From Eubacteriales bacterium (GTDB taxonomy: Bacteria; Bacillota; Clostridia; Oscillospirales; CAG-272), in NCBI GenBank assembly GCA_045590315.1, contig JAZNQU010000025.1:1-46464 (forward strand): a stretch of 46,464 nt of DNA, written 5' to 3'. Shown here in pieces: positions 35,966 through 45,324 of this stretch. Each line of letters opens with the position of its first letter. The stretch's first letter is position 1. Under the pieces are notes generated by a model, which was not told the origin of the DNA, ran no database searches, and saw only the letters and a list, made by a program, of their open reading frames with translations. A program made the position numbers and the translations under genes.

Positions 35966-36811
35966 ATGATAAAAAAATATGTGGGTAAATATTTCCCGAT
36001 ATTCCTGCTGCCTACCCTTATTGCTTTTTTCGTTTCATTTGTAGCGCCGTTTGTAATCGGTATGTACCTGTCATTCTGTGATTTTACAACAGTCACAAAC
36101 GCGCGTTTTGTCGGAATTGAAAACTATGTCAGGGTATTTACTCAAAGCACGGATTTTCTTAATGCGCTTTGGTTTACCGTGAAGTTCACCGTAGTATCGG
36201 TCATAAGCGTAAACGTGCTTGCATTTTTGCTCGCGCTTATACTGACTCGTCCGATGAAGGGAACGAATGCTTTCAGAACAGGCTTCTTTATGCCCAATCT
36301 CATAGGCGGAATCGTCCTTGGCTATATATGGCAGATAATCATAAACGGAGTTCTCGGATACTTCGGAGTTGATATAACCTATGCGGCAAAATACGGATTT
36401 TGGGGACTTGTTATACTCACAAACTGGCAGCAGATAGGCTATATGATGATAATTTATATAGCCGGAATACAAAACGTGCCAAGCGATATGCTTGAAGCGG
36501 CGGATATTGACGGAGCGACTTATGCCCAAAAACTGAGGTATATAATACTCCCGATGGTCTCATCCGCCGTTACGATATGCACGTTCTTAACGCTTACAAA
36601 CAGCTTTAAACTCTTCGACCAGAACCTTGCACTTACAGGCGGCGCACCGGGAAAAGAAACGGCAATGCTTGCCCTTGACATTTATAAAACATTCTATAAC
36701 AGGGTAGGATACGAGGGCGTCGGACAGGCTAAAGCGGTTATATTCTTTATAATAGTTGCGCTTATCGCTCTTGTCCAACAGTACCTGACACGTTCGCGCG
36801 AGGATTTGTAA
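35966..36811 (+). CDS. carbohydrate ABC transporter permease (MalF/BPD type)
   Basis: Six TM segments and the EAA-type loop LEAADIDGATYAQKLRYIILP. Confidence 0.88.
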   Translation: MIKKYVGKYFPIFLLPTLIAFFVSFVAPFVIGMYLSFCDFTTVTNARFVGIENYVRVFTQSTDFLNALWFTVKFTVVSVISVNVLAFLLALILTRPMKGTNAFRTGFFMPNLIGGIVLGYIWQIIINGVLGYFGVDITYAAKYGFWGLVILTNWQQIGYMMIIYIAGIQNVPSDMLEAADIDGATYAQKLRYIILPMVSSAVTICTFLTLTNSFKLFDQNLALTGGAPGKETAMLALDIYKTFYNRVGYEGVGQAKAVIFFIIVALIALVQQYLTRSREDL

Positions 36812-36825
36812 AGGAAAATTAAATA

Positions 36826-37662
36826 ATGGAAAAAAGAACAAAAAGAATAGATATATTGTTTTATATAATTCTGACACTTCTTGCCATCGTTTTTATAGCA
36901 CCTGTGTTTATTGTTCTTATGAACTCTTTCAAGGGTCAGTTTTATATTACAGACTCGCCTTTCAGTCTGCCAAACCCCACAACGTTTGCAGGACTTTCAA
37001 ACTATGTTAACGGACTTCGTAAAACAGGCTTTTTCTCTGCATTTCTGTATTCGCTATTTATAACGGTATCATCTGTTGCCGTTATAGTATTTTTCACAAG
37101 TATGAGCGCGTGGTATATTTCGCGTGTAAAAAACGCCTTTACGCGTACGCTGTATTTTGCATTTGTATTCAGTATGATAGTACCGTTTCAGATGGTTATG
37201 TTCTCAATGTCGAAGATTGCAAATGCGATGCGGCTTGACAATCCTATAGGCATAATTTTTATCTACCTCGGATTCGGAGCCGGACTTTCGGTGTTTTTAT
37301 TCTCGGGCTTTGTTTCGGGAATACCGCGAGAGGTCGAAGAAGCGGCGATGATAGACGGCGCTACACCGGTACAGATGTATTTTAAAGTCGTTTTTCCGAT
37401 GATGAAGCCGATAGCTATTACGGTTGCGATACTCAACTCTATGTGGATATGGAACGACTACCTCCTGCCGTATCTCGTTATCGGAAACAAATATAAAACG
37501 ATACCCATAGCAGTGCAGTATCTGCAGGGCGGTTACGGCTCGCGTGATATGGGCGCACTTATGGCAATGCTTGTTTTGTCTATCATACCTGTGGTTATTT
37601 TCTATCTTACTTGCCAGAAATATATCATTAAAGGCGTTGTGGCAGGCGCAGTTAAAGGATAA
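36826..37662 (+). CDS. carbohydrate ABC transporter permease (MalG type)
   Basis: EAA loop VEEAAMIDGATPVQMYFKVVFP, multi-TM. Confidence 0.88.
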   Translation: MEKRTKRIDILFYIILTLLAIVFIAPVFIVLMNSFKGQFYITDSPFSLPNPTTFAGLSNYVNGLRKTGFFSAFLYSLFITVSSVAVIVFFTSMSAWYISRVKNAFTRTLYFAFVFSMIVPFQMVMFSMSKIANAMRLDNPIGIIFIYLGFGAGLSVFLFSGFVSGIPREVEEAAMIDGATPVQMYFKVVFPMMKPIAITVAILNSMWIWNDYLLPYLVIGNKYKTIPIAVQYLQGGYGSRDMGALMAMLVLSIIPVVIFYLTCQKYIIKGVVAGAVKG

Positions 37663-37684
37663 GGCATGAAAGGAGGAAAATAAG

Positions 37685-38782
37685 TTGGCAGGAATAAGAC
37701 TATTAAACGTAAATAAAACCTTTCCGGGAAATATTACCGTTATACCCGGACTTGACCTTGAAATACGCGACCGGGAATTCGTTATACTCGTAGGCCCGTC
37801 GGGTTGCGGAAAATCAACAACGCTTCGAATGATAGCCGGACTTGAATCGGTTACGTCGGGCGAGCTTTATATTGGTGATAAAAAGGTAAACGACATAGCA
37901 CCCAAGGACCGTGATATAGCAATGGTTTTCCAAAGCTATGCGCTCTATCCGCATATGAGCGTTTACGATAATCTCGCTTTTGGTCTCAAGCTTCGTAAAG
38001 TACCAAAGGATGAAATAGATAAAAAGGTGAAAGAAGCGGCAAAGATGCTTGATATAGAAAAGTATCTTAATCGCAAACCCCGCGCCCTCTCGGGCGGACA
38101 GAGACAGCGTGTTGCACTCGGACGTGCGATGGTACGCTCTCCGCAGGTGTTTCTCCTGGACGAGCCGTTGTCAAACCTTGATGCAAAGCTCAGAGGAGAG
38201 ATGCGTACTTCGATATCAAAGCTTCATAAATCCCTTGGCGTTACCTTTGTATACGTAACGCACGATCAGGTCGAAGCGATGACTATGGCAGACCGTATAG
38301 TCGTTATGAAGGACGGCGTGATACAGCAGTATGACACACCGAAAAACCTTTATCATAACCCGGCAAACACATTTGTTGCAGGCTTTATAGGCTCGCCGAG
38401 AATGAATCTGTTTGAAGCACGCGTAGAAGTCTCAAAGAATAAAATACTTTTGAAGGCAGAAAACAATATCTTTGAGCTTGCCGGGGTAAATAAAGCGCTT
38501 GCAGAATACGACAAGCGTACGGTGCTTGTCGGCATACGTCCGGAGGATATCCATGCAGAAGAGTTCTTTATGGGACTTGACAATACGCTGAAAATAAAAG
38601 CGAAAATTGACTTGGCGGAAATGATGGGCGCCGAGCTGTATGTATATTTTGATTTTGCCGGCGCGAAGATCATTTCGCGCGTACCGTCAAGAATGAATGT
38701 GGAAACATCAGAAGAGCTTGAACTTGCCTTCGACTTGAATAAAGTACACTTTTTTGATAAAGATACGGGAAACAGAATATAA
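37685..38782 (+). CDS. sugar ABC transporter ATP-binding protein (MalK/MsmX/UgpC type)
   Basis: Walker A GPSGCGKST, signature LSGGQRQRVALGRA, Walker B FLLDEPLSNLD, and a C-terminal regulatory/TOBE-like domain. TTG start after AAAGGAGG. Confidence 0.92.
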   Translation: MAGIRLLNVNKTFPGNITVIPGLDLEIRDREFVILVGPSGCGKSTTLRMIAGLESVTSGELYIGDKKVNDIAPKDRDIAMVFQSYALYPHMSVYDNLAFGLKLRKVPKDEIDKKVKEAAKMLDIEKYLNRKPRALSGGQRQRVALGRAMVRSPQVFLLDEPLSNLDAKLRGEMRTSISKLHKSLGVTFVYVTHDQVEAMTMADRIVVMKDGVIQQYDTPKNLYHNPANTFVAGFIGSPRMNLFEARVEVSKNKILLKAENNIFELAGVNKALAEYDKRTVLVGIRPEDIHAEEFFMGLDNTLKIKAKIDLAEMMGAELYVYFDFAGAKIISRVPSRMNVETSEELELAFDLNKVHFFDKDTGNRI

Positions 38783-38875
38783 GTTTTTCGCAAATATAAG
38801 ACAACAAGACTGTAAACTTTGCGTCTTTGATATGGCACAAAGCTTGCGCTTTATGAGAAAGGAATGGTCATAAAA

Positions 38876-40357
38876 ATGAGAAAATGCGGTACACTTCTTC
38901 ATATTTCGTCACTTCCGGGAGAGTTCGGTATAGGCACGTTCGGAACGGGTGCTTACTCGTTTGTCGATTTTCTGAAGAAAAGCGGACAGAACCTCTGGCA
39001 GATACTGCCTCTCGGTGTAACAGGATTTGGCGACTCGCCGTATCAGTCGTTTTCAAGCTTTGCGGGGAACCCTTATTTTATTGATCCTACGGCTTTTTAT
39101 AAAGACGGACTTATAACCAAGGATGTCCTCAATTTCGAAAAAACAGATGAAGCAAGTGTTGATTACGGCAGACTTTATGTAGACAGATATAAATTTTTGC
39201 GCCAGGCACTGTCAAAATTTGATATAAACAATCCCGAATATGAGGAGTTCTGCGTAAAAAATGCTCTTTGGCTTGACAGCTTTGCCATGTTTATGACCCT
39301 TAAAGAACTTGCGTACGGCAGAGGTGTCAGCGATTGGGAAAAGGATTACAGACAGAAAGACCGCGGTGCGCTCGAATGGGTAGAGCGCTCGTACGCAGGT
39401 GAGATAAAGTTCTGGAAAATATGTCAGTTTTATTTTTTCAAGCAGTGGTCAGAACTGCGCGAATATGCAAACAAAAACGGAATATCGATAATCGGAGATA
39501 TCCCGATATACGTTGCGGCAGACAGTGCTGACGTTTGGGAAAACCCCGAACTTTTTATGGTTGACGCTGACCTTTCGCCAAAGCTTGTGGCAGGCTGTCC
39601 GCCCGATGCATTCAACGCTGACGGTCAGAAGTGGGGAAATCCCATATACGACTGGGAAGTTATGCGAATGGACGAATACGCCTGGTGGAAGCGTCGCCTT
39701 GCAATGACGGCAAAGCTTTATGATTATGTGCGCATAGACCATTTCCGCGGTTTTTCATCTTATTACACGATAGAGGCTGATGCGCCTGATGCAAAAAACG
39801 GAGTATGGCGAGAGGGACCGGGAATGGAATTTTTTGAGTCGGTCAAAAACAGTCTCGGCACAGTCAAGATAATCGCAGAGGACCTCGGGTTTATTGACGA
39901 GCCGGTGCGCGAGCTTCTTAAAAAATGTGGTTATCCGGGAATGAAAATTCTTGAGTTTGGCTTTGACGGAAATACCGACTCTGAGTATCTTCCTCATAAT
40001 TATAATAAAAACTGCTTTGCCTATACGGGAACTCACGATAATGAAACATTTATGTCATTTTATATGAACTCGGACACAAAGACGAAGCGTTTTATAAGAG
40101 ATTATCTCGGACTTGATGCTACAGACGACGTTTGCTTCGGCGCTATCCGCGCACTATATGCAAGCTGTGCCGACAACGTCGTTATACCCATGCAGGACTA
40201 TATCGGTCTTGCGGAAAGAGGCAGAATGAACACGCCATCTGTTCTTGGGAACAACTGGCTATGGCGTGCAAGAGAGACCGATTTCAACGACAATCTTGCT
40301 GAAAAAATCGCCGAGCTTGCCGCGTTGTACGGCAGAACTTCAAACCCAAGCTTATAA
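38876..40357 (+). CDS. malQ: 4-alpha-glucanotransferase (amylomaltase)
   Basis: GFGDSPYQSFSSFAGNPYFID, VRIDHFRGF, and IAEDLG. The ATG at 38876 is preferred over 38864 on RBS spacing. Confidence 0.92.
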   Translation: MRKCGTLLHISSLPGEFGIGTFGTGAYSFVDFLKKSGQNLWQILPLGVTGFGDSPYQSFSSFAGNPYFIDPTAFYKDGLITKDVLNFEKTDEASVDYGRLYVDRYKFLRQALSKFDINNPEYEEFCVKNALWLDSFAMFMTLKELAYGRGVSDWEKDYRQKDRGALEWVERSYAGEIKFWKICQFYFFKQWSELREYANKNGISIIGDIPIYVAADSADVWENPELFMVDADLSPKLVAGCPPDAFNADGQKWGNPIYDWEVMRMDEYAWWKRRLAMTAKLYDYVRIDHFRGFSSYYTIEADAPDAKNGVWREGPGMEFFESVKNSLGTVKIIAEDLGFIDEPVRELLKKCGYPGMKILEFGFDGNTDSEYLPHNYNKNCFAYTGTHDNETFMSFYMNSDTKTKRFIRDYLGLDATDDVCFGAIRALYASCADNVVIPMQDYIGLAERGRMNTPSVLGNNWLWRARETDFNDNLAEKIAELAALYGRTSNPSL

Positions 40358-40393
40358 TGCGTCAAGTCACAATCAGTGCCGCAGGACGGCAGA

Positions 40394-42841
40394 ATGGAGA
40401 AGATGATGAAGACAAATAAGGAAAGGGAAAGAATTACGGGGACTGAAACCGTCAAGGACTTTGTAAGAATACTTGAAAACAAGTATATGAAGTCACCCGG
40501 AGAAGCTACGCCCGAAGAGATAAACGGAGCAATTGCAGAGGCTGTAATGATTCGTTTTGGCGGTAACCGCAGACTCGCCGCGCTCTGTGAAAAGGGCAAA
40601 AAGAGAGCCTATTACCTTTCGGCTGAATTTCTTGTCGGCAGAGCGGTTTATAATAATCTTTTGTCACTCGGACTTGACAAGCATATCTCGGATGAGCTCA
40701 GATCTGCCGGAAGTGACTATGCAATTTTAAAAGCTATTGATGATGCAGGACTCGGTAACGGGGGACTGGGCAGACTTGCCGCCTGTTTTGTGGATTCCGC
40801 ATCCGCGCTCGGTATGCCGCTTATCGGTTACGGTATCAGATACAAATACGGAATTTTCAAACAGGAAATTGGGGAAGATGGGCAAAACGAAGTGCCGCAC
40901 GACTGGACAAAATGGGGCGACCCGTGGTCGATTGCGCGTGCTGATGCCCTGAAGCGTGTCGATTTTGACGATATGAGCGTTGAAGCTCTCCCGTATGATA
41001 TGCCCGTATTCGGATACGACAATAATTTTGCCACGTATATCAGACTCTGGGAAGCAAGACCGATAAAACCGTTTGACTTTAAGCTTTTCAATGAGCAGAA
41101 ATATGCAGAAGCCCTTGAAGAGAAGAATACAGCAGAAAATATCTCCCGTGTGCTTTATCCTGCGGACGATACAGACGAGGGCAAAAAATTAAGACTGCGT
41201 CAGCAGTACTTTTTTGCTTGTGCGTCCCTGCAGGACGTTATAGAGCAGTATAAGGAGCTTTACGGAAACGATTTCTCGCACTTTGCCGATGAAAACGTCT
41301 TCCAGCTTAATGATACTCATCCGGTTATTGCAATTCCTGAGTTTTTGCGTATCATGTGCGAAAAAGAGAACATGAATTTCGAAGATGCGCTGAATATTGC
41401 TAAAAAAGCGTTTGCATACACAAACCACACTGTAATGAGCGAAGCGCTTGAAAAGTGGGACATTGAGCTTTTCAAGTCTATTTTGTCAGGCGTTTACAAA
41501 TATATTGAGAAGCTTGATTCGAAGCTTCAGAGTGAGCTTGCCGGCAAGGATATTACTGCTGATGAGCTTGATAACATGAAAATACTGTCAGACGGCAGAA
41601 TATGCATGGCAAATTTGGCGATGTTTATATCCAAACGTGTAAACGGCGTTGCGGCAATACACACGGATATATTGAAAAGAGACGTTTTTGAAACGTGGAA
41701 CCGCATATATCCCGGTAAGATAATAAATATCACAAACGGTATAACACAGCGCCGCTGGCTTGCCGTGGCAAACCCTGAGCTTGCGGCGTTTACAACGCAA
41801 CTGCTTGGCGATGACAAGTGGATGATTGAGCTTTCAAGAATAAGCGGTATTGCAAAGTATGCCGATGACAAAACCGTAATAGATGATTTTAACAATATCA
41901 AGCGCTACCGCAGACGTGTGCTTGCCGATCATATACGCGAAAAAGAAGGAAAGGTAATTGATCCCGACAGCGTATTTGATATACAGATAAAGCGCATACA
42001 CGAATATAAAAGACAGCTTTTAAATGCGCTTGCCGTGCTTGAAATGTACTTTGAAATCAAGGACGGGACTCTTAAAAATCCACAGCCTGTAACGGTAATA
42101 TTCGGCGGAAAGTCAGCACCCGGATACCGCCGAGCCAAGGCGATAATAAAGCTTATATGTGAAATTGAAAGGCTTATTGAGGCGGATCCCGAGGCAAAGA
42201 AGTATTTAAACGTTCATTTTATAAACGATTATAATGTGTCCTACGCCGAGCTTTTAGTGGGTGCGGCGGATATTTCAGAACAGATATCTACCGCCGGTAC
42301 GGAAGCCAGCGGTACCGGAAACATGAAGATGATGCTCAACGGCGCGCTTACACTTGGCACTCTTGACGGAGCAAACGTCGAAATTGTCAAGGAAGCAGGC
42401 AAGGAGAACAATTATATCTTCGGTGCACTCGTTGACGAGATTGAAAAGCTCAAAAAGAATTACGAGCCGCTTGCAATATACGAAAAAGATAAACGTATCA
42501 AGCGCGTGCTTGATGCGCTCAAGGACGGAACTCTTGACGATGGCGGCTGTGGCTGCTTTGAAGATTTGTACGATTCGCTTCTTACCGAAAACGGTGCGGA
42601 CAGATACTTCCTCTTACACGACTTTGATTCATACCTGCGCACAAAGTTACGTGCAATAGACGATTTTGCCGACAGAAGCAAAACTGCAAAAATGGGACTT
42701 TATAATATGGCGGGTGCGGGAGTTTTCTCGTCTGACAGAGCAATAAAGAGCTATGCCGAAAAGATTTGGGATATCGTTCCTGTAAAAGTTGTAAAAGACC
42801 TCCCCGAAACCTACGAAAAGGTAGTTGAAAGCAGGGCATAG
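40394..42841 (+). CDS. glgP: glycogen/maltodextrin (alpha-glucan) phosphorylase
   Basis: GLGNGGLGRLAACF and the PLP-lysine region TAGTEASGTGNMKMMLNGALTLGTLDGANVE. The start is taken at the ATG at 40394 (MEKMMK). Confidence 0.93.
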   Translation: MEKMMKTNKERERITGTETVKDFVRILENKYMKSPGEATPEEINGAIAEAVMIRFGGNRRLAALCEKGKKRAYYLSAEFLVGRAVYNNLLSLGLDKHISDELRSAGSDYAILKAIDDAGLGNGGLGRLAACFVDSASALGMPLIGYGIRYKYGIFKQEIGEDGQNEVPHDWTKWGDPWSIARADALKRVDFDDMSVEALPYDMPVFGYDNNFATYIRLWEARPIKPFDFKLFNEQKYAEALEEKNTAENISRVLYPADDTDEGKKLRLRQQYFFACASLQDVIEQYKELYGNDFSHFADENVFQLNDTHPVIAIPEFLRIMCEKENMNFEDALNIAKKAFAYTNHTVMSEALEKWDIELFKSILSGVYKYIEKLDSKLQSELAGKDITADELDNMKILSDGRICMANLAMFISKRVNGVAAIHTDILKRDVFETWNRIYPGKIINITNGITQRRWLAVANPELAAFTTQLLGDDKWMIELSRISGIAKYADDKTVIDDFNNIKRYRRRVLADHIREKEGKVIDPDSVFDIQIKRIHEYKRQLLNALAVLEMYFEIKDGTLKNPQPVTVIFGGKSAPGYRRAKAIIKLICEIERLIEADPEAKKYLNVHFINDYNVSYAELLVGAADISEQISTAGTEASGTGNMKMMLNGALTLGTLDGANVEIVKEAGKENNYIFGALVDEIEKLKKNYEPLAIYEKDKRIKRVLDALKDGTLDDGGCGCFEDLYDSLLTENGADRYFLLHDFDSYLRTKLRAIDDFADRSKTAKMGLYNMAGAGVFSSDRAIKSYAEKIWDIVPVKVVKDLPETYEKVVESRA

Positions 42842-42904
42842 TATAAAAAAGAGCGTAAAATCAGAAATAAATGGTAAAAAATCAAAAAAAGTTTGCAAAA
42901 ACAC

Positions 42905-42933
42905 TTGATTTTTGGGAAAAACGGTGATATAAT
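42905..42933 (+). promoter_or_regulatory. sigma-A type promoter of the rimP-nusA-infB operon
   Basis: TTGATT (42905-42910), 17-nt spacer, TATAAT (42928-42933), with a TG one base upstream. Confidence 0.6.
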
Positions 42934-42958
42934 ACTACCGTAATGTTAATAAACAAAG

Positions 42959-42992
42959 GAGAGTGGTTGAAAGACCACTCTCACTTTTTGTT
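42959..42992 (+). terminator. leader terminator/attenuator between the promoter and rimP
   Basis: Perfect 9-bp stem GAGAGTGGT-TGAAAG-ACCACTCTC followed by ACTTTTTGTT. It lies about 25 nt downstream of the -10 and about 30 nt upstream of the probable rimP start. Confidence 0.55.
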
Positions 42993-43020
42993 AAAGACCA
43001 GAAAGGAAACGGTAAAACAA

Positions 43021-43506
43021 GTGAAGAAACCGTCAAAGAACATTGCGTCGGCTGCGGCCGAACTTTTGGGCCCTACAATAAACGAGCTTGGCTATGAATT
43101 GTGGGATGTTGAATATGTCAAGGAAGGTTCGGAGTATTATCTCCGTATAACTATTGACACCGAAGAGGGAATAACAATAGACGATTGCGAAAAGGTACAC
43201 CGTGCAATCGATCCTATTCTCGATGAAGCCGATCCTATTGAAGACTCGTATCATCTCGAGGTGTCCTCTCCCGGTATTGAGCGTGAATTAAAATACGATT
43301 GGCATTTTGACGCTTTTATCGGAAGCACGGTCGAGGTAAAACTCTATGCTCCCGTAAACGGAGTAAAGAGCGTTGTGGGCGAGCTTGTTGCCCACTCGGA
43401 CGAGGGAGTTCGCGTGTCTTGTGCAGGCACAGAAATGCTTTTGCCGTCTGATAAAGTCGCAAAGGTACAGACAGTATTTGATTTTGACAATATTGAAGAA
43501 AACTGA
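43021..43506 (+). CDS. rimP: ribosome maturation factor RimP
   Basis: LGYELWDVEYVKEGSEYYLRITID ... LEVSSPGIEREL. The GTG at 43021 gives the usual ~24-residue lead before the ELxDVEY motif. The track start at 42943 would read through the leader hairpin. Confidence 0.85.
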   Translation: MKKPSKNIASAAAELLGPTINELGYELWDVEYVKEGSEYYLRITIDTEEGITIDDCEKVHRAIDPILDEADPIEDSYHLEVSSPGIERELKYDWHFDAFIGSTVEVKLYAPVNGVKSVVGELVAHSDEGVRVSCAGTEMLLPSDKVAKVQTVFDFDNIEEN

Positions 43507-43537
43507 AATTATATAGCTTTTGAAAGGAAAAAGTAAA

Positions 43538-44614
43538 ATGAACAAGGAATTCTTTGAAGCGCTTGATTTATTTGAAAAGGAAAAGGGAATTTCCAAAGAA
43601 TATATAATCGAGCGTGTGCAGGCGGCACTTGAAAACGCTTATAAGCACGAGCTTGGCGGTCAGGCGCTCATACGTGTTAACATTGACCCTGTTAAGACAG
43701 ACATTAAAGTGTACCGTCAGAGAACTGTAGTTGAAGAGGTAACCAACGAAATTACGGAAATCTCTCTTGAAGAAGCAAAGAAGCTTAATAAGAGACATAA
43801 GATAGGTTCTGTAGTTGAAAGTGAGGTAAAACCCAAGAATCTCAGAAGACTTTCCGCAATGGGCGCAAAGTCTGTGTTCATTCAGGGTATCAGAGAAGCT
43901 GAGCGTTCAATGATGCTTCGTGAATATGAAGAAAAGAAGGAAGAGATCGTTACGGCAACTGTTGATAAGATCGATCCTGAAACAGGAGACGTTATCGTTG
44001 ATACCGGAACGAGCCGCGTAACGCTTAAGCGTGATGAGCAGATCCCGGGCGAGGTTTACAGCGTAAACCAGAAGATAAAGGTCTTCATTATGGAAGTAAA
44101 GAAGGACAATGCCCAGAGAGGTCCGCTTGTAACTATTTCAAGAACTCACGCAGGTCTTGTCAAGAGACTTTTTGAGCTTGAAATTCCGGAAATACAGGAC
44201 GGCACGGTAGTTATCAAGGGCGTTTCCCGTGAAGCCGGCGTCAGAACGAAGATCGCCGTAATGTCGAGAGATGAAAATGTTGATCCTATCGGCGCTTGTA
44301 TCGGTAGCAGAAGAATGAGAATCAACAGCATTACCGATGAGCTTGGCGGCGAAAAGATAGACATAATCAAGTACAGTGACGATCCCGCAGAATACATTTC
44401 AAAAGCACTTGCGCCTGCCACTGTAAACGACGTTATTATTCTTAACGCTGAAGAAAAGACATGCAGAGCCGTTGTAGACAGCGACCAGCTCTCTCTTGCT
44501 ATCGGTAAGAAGGGACTTAACGCACGTCTTGCGGCAATACTTACAGGCTATAAGATCGACATAAAGACAACAGCAGACGATATTGATGTCGAAGAGGATA
44601 ATTCAGAAGAATAA
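43538..44614 (+). CDS. nusA: transcription termination/antitermination factor NusA
   Basis: MNKEFFEALDLFEKEKGISKEYI, S1 and KH domains (ACIGSRRMRINSITDELGGEKIDII; LSLAIGKKGLNARLAA). Confidence 0.95.
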   Translation: MNKEFFEALDLFEKEKGISKEYIIERVQAALENAYKHELGGQALIRVNIDPVKTDIKVYRQRTVVEEVTNEITEISLEEAKKLNKRHKIGSVVESEVKPKNLRRLSAMGAKSVFIQGIREAERSMMLREYEEKKEEIVTATVDKIDPETGDVIVDTGTSRVTLKRDEQIPGEVYSVNQKIKVFIMEVKKDNAQRGPLVTISRTHAGLVKRLFELEIPEIQDGTVVIKGVSREAGVRTKIAVMSRDENVDPIGACIGSRRMRINSITDELGGEKIDIIKYSDDPAEYISKALAPATVNDVIILNAEEKTCRAVVDSDQLSLAIGKKGLNARLAAILTGYKIDIKTTADDIDVEEDNSEE

Positions 44615-44675
44615 TATAAACTGACACAAGAGTGGAAATAAGATTGTAGAACAAAGGAGCGAATCTGTAGGATCT

Positions 44676-44954
44676 ATGCAGAACAAACCTGTAAAAAAGA
44701 TACCCGAAAGACGATGCGTCGGCTGTAATGCTACAAAGCCGAAGCAGGAGCTTATCCGTGTTGTGCGAGACCCCGAGGGAGAGGTTTCTATCGACTTCAA
44801 AGGAAAGAAATCGGGACGGGGAGCATATATTTGCCCGAGTGTTGACTGCTTCAAACGCGCGGTCAAATCAAAAAGGCTTGATAACAACTTAAATGTTACA
44901 GTGCCTCCCGATATTATCGAAGAACTTACCTCTGTGATAAAGAGGGGTGAGTAA
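44676..44954 (+). CDS. ylxR: YlxR (DUF448) family RNA-binding protein
   Basis: IPERRCVGC ... ELIRVV ... GRGAYIC motifs, between nusA and infB. Confidence 0.88.
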   Translation: MQNKPVKKIPERRCVGCNATKPKQELIRVVRDPEGEVSIDFKGKKSGRGAYICPSVDCFKRAVKSKRLDNNLNVTVPPDIIEELTSVIKRGE

Positions 44955-44960
44955 CGGAGC

Positions 44961-45320
44961 ATGGAACATATAAACGTTTTAAAAAGCATAGGACTTGCCG
45001 CAAGAGCACGTAAGGTCACTTTCGGAAGTGAACTTACCTGTGAAGGCATCAGGGCAGGGCGGGTAGTATTAGCACTGGTATGCAAAGACGCATCTGAAAA
45101 AACTGCAAAGCGGGTTATTAAAGCTTGTGAGCAATTTAGCGTAAAGTATCATATATTATCGTGTGATACCCTTGAGCTTGCTCACGCACTCGGAAAAGCC
45201 AAGCCGCTTGCGGTTGCAGGTATAACGGATAAGAATCTGTGCGTGCCGATACTGCGAAGTATTATCGATTTGACAGAAAAAAACGCTTCTTTAATGACTT
45301 TCAGCGAAAGTGAGGTTTAA
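44961..45320 (+). CDS. ylxQ: L7Ae/L30e-family RNA-binding protein (YlxQ-like)
   Basis: 119 aa in the conserved slot between ylxR and infB. L7Ae-like segment [12 protein letters not shown] ... [16 protein letters not shown]. Confidence 0.75.
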   Translation: MEHINVLKSIGLAARARKVTFGSELTCEGIRAGRVVLALVCKDASEKTAKRVIKACEQFSVKYHILSCDTLELAHALGKAKPLAVAGITDKNLCVPILRSIIDLTEKNASLMTFSESEV

Positions 45321-45324
45321 CAGT

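Noticed and set aside
42943-43020. ATG at 42943 (track start) or TTG at 42967 as the rimP start
   Set aside because: These would add 18-26 residues that are not typical of RimP, and they would translate through a perfect 9-bp hairpin plus T-run. The GTG at 43021 gives the usual N-terminal length. This is kept as an alternative in the leader-terminator finding.
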